From the NCBI RefSeq assembly GCF_006345805.1, contig NW_021836347.1, positions 1 to 24,465 of the forward strand: a stretch of 24,465 bases of DNA, given 5' to 3'. Source of the stretch: Octopus sinensis. Lineage: Eukaryota. Position 1 is the first letter of the stretch; each line of letters starts with the position of its first letter. This document shows positions 20,416 through 24,465 of this stretch, in pieces. The notes under the pieces are model-generated. The model saw nothing but the letters and a program-made list of their open reading frames with translations. It had not been told where the DNA came from and made no database searches. A program made the translations under genes and the position numbers.

Positions 20416-20789
20416 TTAAAAAAAACCCCTGCACAGTCAGATTGAAAACGATGCTAAATATAAACCAACCGCAACGACCGCTTCATTAACGGAAGCTCAA
20501 TGTACTTCTAAATGCAGTTGACCGGTACACATTCTGAATATAAGTATTGGATTGTGAGTGTGTAGAGTTCCTTACGTACTCTGAATAAGGTCACGGATGA
20601 TGAGGCATTTGCCCATGATACCCGACAAGAACATTGTTTGCAAAATGAAAGACAACTAACCCTTACTCATATTCGGATTCGCATTTACATTATCTTCTAT
20701 ACAAATCACTCGTGGGTATCGAACCAAGTGCGTGTGCGAGTTGATAAAGGTGTATATACAACGCCTCATAGGATTCAAGCTTCAAGATT

Positions 20790-20855
20790 TTAATTATATA
20801 TATATATGAATGTATGTATGTATGTATACATACATACATACATATATATATATAT

Positions 20856-20886
<31 letters not shown>

Positions 20887-20892
20887 TATATA

Positions 20893-20957
<65 letters not shown>

Positions 20958-20958
20958 A
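20790..20958. repeat. (TATG)n/(TA)n/(TG)n microsatellite
   Basis: Direct reading of the sequence. Confidence 0.9.
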
Positions 20959-20959
20959 T

Positions 20960-21355
20960 CTTTTATCTTTTACTTGTTTCAGTTATCAAGTTGCAGCCAT
21001 GCTGGGACACTAACTTGAGGAAATTTTGGTCGAATGAATCGACCCCAGACTTTTTTTTTTTTTAAAGCTTACTACTTATTCTATCGATCTCTAAACTACG
21101 AGAACGTAAACACAGCAACACCGGTTGTCAAGCAGTCGCAGGTCACACACACACACACACACAAACATGCAAAACGCACGCACAGTGTGTGTATGTGCAT
21201 GACGGGCTTCTTTCAGTTTCTGTCTTTGATACTCACCTACAAGGCTTTGGGAGGCCCGAGGCTATAATAGAAGATACTTGCACAACGTACTGAGCAGTGG
21301 GACTGAAACCGAAACCATGTGGTTGCGAAGCAAGCTTCTTACCAAGCAGCCACAC
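20960..21355 (-). mobile_element. Diverged full family B CORE-SINE
   Basis: Head at about 21200-21355 (GACGGGCTTCTTTCAG...ACCAAGCAGCCAC on +); 3' module at 20960-21140. Confidence 0.85.
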
Positions 21356-21457
21356 TGCGTTTTGCATGTTTGTGTGTGTGTGTGTGACCTGCCACTGCTT
21401 GACAACCGGTGTTGCTGTGTTTACGTTCTCGTAGTTTAGAGATCGATAGAATAAGTA
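21356..21457 (+). repeat. Inverted duplicate of 21073-21178
   Basis: The reverse complement is identical to 21073-21178 apart from one substitution and (CA)8 versus (CA)10. Confidence 0.95.
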
Positions 21458-21656
21458 TGTAAGATTCAGTTGAATTAGGTACTTAAGTTGTGGCACTTCG
21501 TTAGGTTGGAATAATATACACACACAACAATATTATGTAAATAACCAGCTTCGTACATAAGTACCGGCCGAATGATGTTCTTGCAGTGTATGTAGACAAT
21601 TAGACCCAGCTGAGTAAAGAAATCTTCTCTTGACCAATTCAGAGATGTACATTATA

Positions 21657-22063
21657 TCTTTATATATAAAAGTGAAGTTGTGTGAGTGTCTGTCTCCTAC
21701 GATTTAGATTCCTAACTACTCCCACATTTTGCGGTGCAGTTTAACCAAAACCGGGTATCTTATAGTCGTGATTCATATCGAGCCCTTCTGGGTATTAGCG
21801 CGCGTCTACGATGAGTCTACGATGAGTCTACGATTTAAAAAAAAATTTACCATCAATTTTTCCCATTTTTAATGCATTTTTGGCATATATAAGGGAAGTA
21901 ACTCTCTAAAAATTTATTATTAAATCTCAGAACGTAAAAAGCTACAGTAACACCCCCCTTTGTGGCTAGCCATATTGAGATGGCTATTATACTTTACATT
22001 TCTAAAAATGCTTATATAGTTATTTCCCTTACAAACCCGAGCAACGCCGGGCGATACTGCTAG
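21657..22063 (+). mobile_element. Non-autonomous Helitron, ~407 bp, intact termini
   Basis: A|TCTTTATATATAAAAGTGAAGTTG at the 5' end; hairpin CCCGAGCAACGCCGGG (22036-22051) and CTAG|T at the 3' end, inserted between A and T. Internal 11-bp tandem GTCTACGATGA (21804-21834). Confidence 0.9.
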
Positions 22064-22251
22064 TTAAATATAAATTCTATAATATTTACGTAGGGCAGTT
22101 TCTGATACAGGTGAATAAAATTTAAATGAGTTACAGTAGAGGGACAGGTGTCAATCCATTACGGCCGTTTCTAACGACTCATTGAATGGATTAATGAAAA
22201 CATTACATCATTATAGAGAAACTGTTTTCGTCAGATGAATTCATGAACGTC

Positions 22252-22402
22252 CAAATTGGGGACTTTCAAAAGGATTTAACATCGTTTAAAATCCATGGAA
22301 CAAAACATTTGCAGTAATTCTGCAACTATTTCTGCCAACTGAAATAGTTGCAGAATCATTGTCGAATTTAAAAGATGTTAAATCATTTTGAATATCCTCA
22401 TT
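22252..22402. other. Foldback inverted repeat (~150 nt)
   Basis: Inner perfect 16-bp arms (22317-22332 / 22341-22356) with an 8-nt loop. Outer arms 22265-22290 / 22367-22392 match at 24 of 26 positions. Confidence 0.85.
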
Positions 22403-22411
22403 TGAATATAA

Positions 22412-22703
22412 GGAAGCACTCCGTCGGTTACGACGGCGAGGGTTCCGGTTGATCCGATCAACGGAACAGCCTGCTCGTGAAATTAACGTGTAAGTGGCTG
22501 AGCACTCCACAGACACGTGTACCATTAACGTAGTTCTCGAGGATATTCAGCGTGACACAGAGAGTGACAAGGCCGGCCCTTTGAAATACAGGTACAACAG
22601 AAACAGGAAGTAAGAGTGAGAGAAAGTTGTGTTGAAAGAGTACAGCGGGGATCACCACCATCCCTGCCGGAGCCTCGTGGAGCTTTTAGGTGTTTTCGCT
22701 CAA
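22412..22703 (-). mobile_element. Family C SINE, longest body in the window, head missing
   Basis: Aligns with 5471-5676, 18639-18825 and the reverse complement of 19772-19848. Confidence 0.9.
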
Positions 22704-22749
22704 ATTTGAATATATATATACATGGCTAGTTTCTTGTAGGTGCCTTTAA

Positions 22750-22868
22750 CAAAATCGACTCAGAAGGCTTTGGTTGGCCCGAGGTAGAAAGCACTTGCCC
22801 AAGGTAACACGCAGTGGGATTGAGCCCGGAACCTTGCGGCTATGAAGCAAACTTCTTACCACACAGAC
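22750..22868 (-). mobile_element. Diverged family B CORE-SINE head
   Basis: AAGGCTTTGGTTGGCCCGAGG..CACTTGCCCAAGGT..CGCAGTGGGATTGAGCCCGGAACC..CTTACCACACAG. Confidence 0.75.
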
Positions 22869-23454
22869 ATGCAAAATGACATGGTATAGAAATAAGTTAG
22901 TAGACTAATAAATAACCTAAGATCCTCACTAGTTAAAAAGTGGAAAAAAAAAATCCTTATATGCCTAACATCATAACACTAAATGTATCGACCTAAAACG
23001 AAAGACACTACCGCAACATAACCCTCCAAGAAAGGCAGACAGCAGGCACGCTATTGGAACCATGAGACATTACTGTAAAGACAGACATGAAGCTAACTGC
23101 CTCGACTCTGAAACTGCTGTCAGGACACGATGTTTCATTTAGCAACACGGCGCCAGTTAATATTTGATTAGGTGTGGATATTTACCCGATTCTCTATCAT
23201 CACGACGGCTATTTACCCCAGTTCTCTGTTATCACTGAACTCATTATAGTTATAAAATGATCCTTTTCGTTCGTTAAATAGGTTTTCTCACACCAGTCAC
23301 AGCCCCGCCAGCGAGTGTTGAGGTTAAATGGGGACAGACAACATTACGGTGATAATATGAACATTAAGAAGTGAGATGGGAGGGTGAGATTGGGATATGG
23401 AGACGGAGGGAAAGGTGTTTGAGGGTGAAAGAGAGGTAGCTAGAGCAATTGATA

Positions 23455-23689
23455 GAAAAATAGCTTGATAGATTGATTGACAGATAGAAAGATAGATAGG
23501 CTGATAGCTAGATAGAAAGATAGATAGATAGATTGAATGCTAAATAGACAGACGGATAAATTGAAGATAAACAGATAGATAGATAAATAGAAAGATAAAC
23601 ATATAGATAGAAAGATACATAGATAGATTGATTGCTAAATAGACAGACATATAGATTGATAGATAGATAGATAGATAGATCGATAGATC

Positions 23690-23739
<50 letters not shown>

Positions 23740-23943
23740 CAGATGGATAGATAGATAGATAGATAGATAAATAGGTAAATAAATAGATAGAAAGACATCT
23801 AGATAGACAGATAGATAGATTGTTAGACAGATAGATAGATTGATATATAGATAGATTAATTGATACATAGACGGATAGATAGATAGATACACTGATAGAT
23901 AGAAAGACAGACATATAGATATATAGATAGATTGATAGATAGG

Positions 23944-24008
<65 letters not shown>
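23455..24008. repeat. Large degenerate (GATA)n tetranucleotide array
   Basis: About 550 bp; direct reading of the sequence. Confidence 0.95.
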
Positions 24009-24034
24009 GGCTTGATGGATGGATAGGTGGAATG

Positions 24035-24190
24035 AGAGAGGTGATGAGAGACAGGGAAAGAGGGTGAGAAAGAAAGGTGGAAAGAGACAGAGCGAGAGAG
24101 AGAAAGAGAGAGAAGGAGAGAGAGAGTGAGTGAGAGAGAAAGTTAATTGATGGAATGAAACTATAATAAAAGATATTAATGACAGAAGGT

Positions 24191-24251
<61 letters not shown>

Positions 24252-24366
24252 TGGGGAGAAGTGAAGAGTAAAAGAGAATAAGATATTGTATTGTTAGAGA
24301 GTGAAAATGAGCGAGACAGAGAGAGAGAGATGCTGAGACGACGAGAATGGAAGAAAGAGTGTATAT

Positions 24367-24400
<34 letters not shown>
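24035..24400. repeat. (GA)n-rich purine tract and (TA)n
   Basis: Direct reading of the sequence. Confidence 0.9.
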
Positions 24401-24465
24401 ATGACGAACTGTATAAGGAGAGAATAAAAAGGGCATGAAAAGGAGGGCGGGGAGAGAGAGAATTG

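Noticed and set aside
20596-20700. C-box-like ATGATGA suggesting a C/D snoRNA
   Set aside because: No CTGA D-box at a suitable distance.

Overview
This is AT-rich, repeat-dominated eukaryotic DNA. The SINE families and microsatellite load look like an octopod (Octopus) genome; that assignment is my recognition, not a database result. There is no complete protein-coding gene, rRNA, intact tRNA or CRISPR array, and nearly all ORF-track entries are microsatellite translation artefacts. Well-supported content: three tRNA-headed SINE families in about a dozen copies or fragments, including a head-to-tail array at 13.1-14.1 kb; an internally deleted mariner; a Tigger/pogo-like MITE; two non-autonomous Helitrons; a Penelope-like GIY-YIG relic; an RTE LINE 3' end; and many simple repeats. 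Possible host-gene signal is limited to one plausible 104-nt minus-strand coding exon (10842-10945) and a frame-disrupted coding-like island (2788-3600). The most notable structural oddities are a near-perfect ~100-bp inverted duplication bracketing a SINE head (21073-21457), a ~150-nt foldback with a miRNA-like core (22252-22402), and a decayed hammerhead-ribozyme-like motif (8755-8800). I cannot establish a new biological system from the sequence alone. Element boundaries are read by eye and are approximate.
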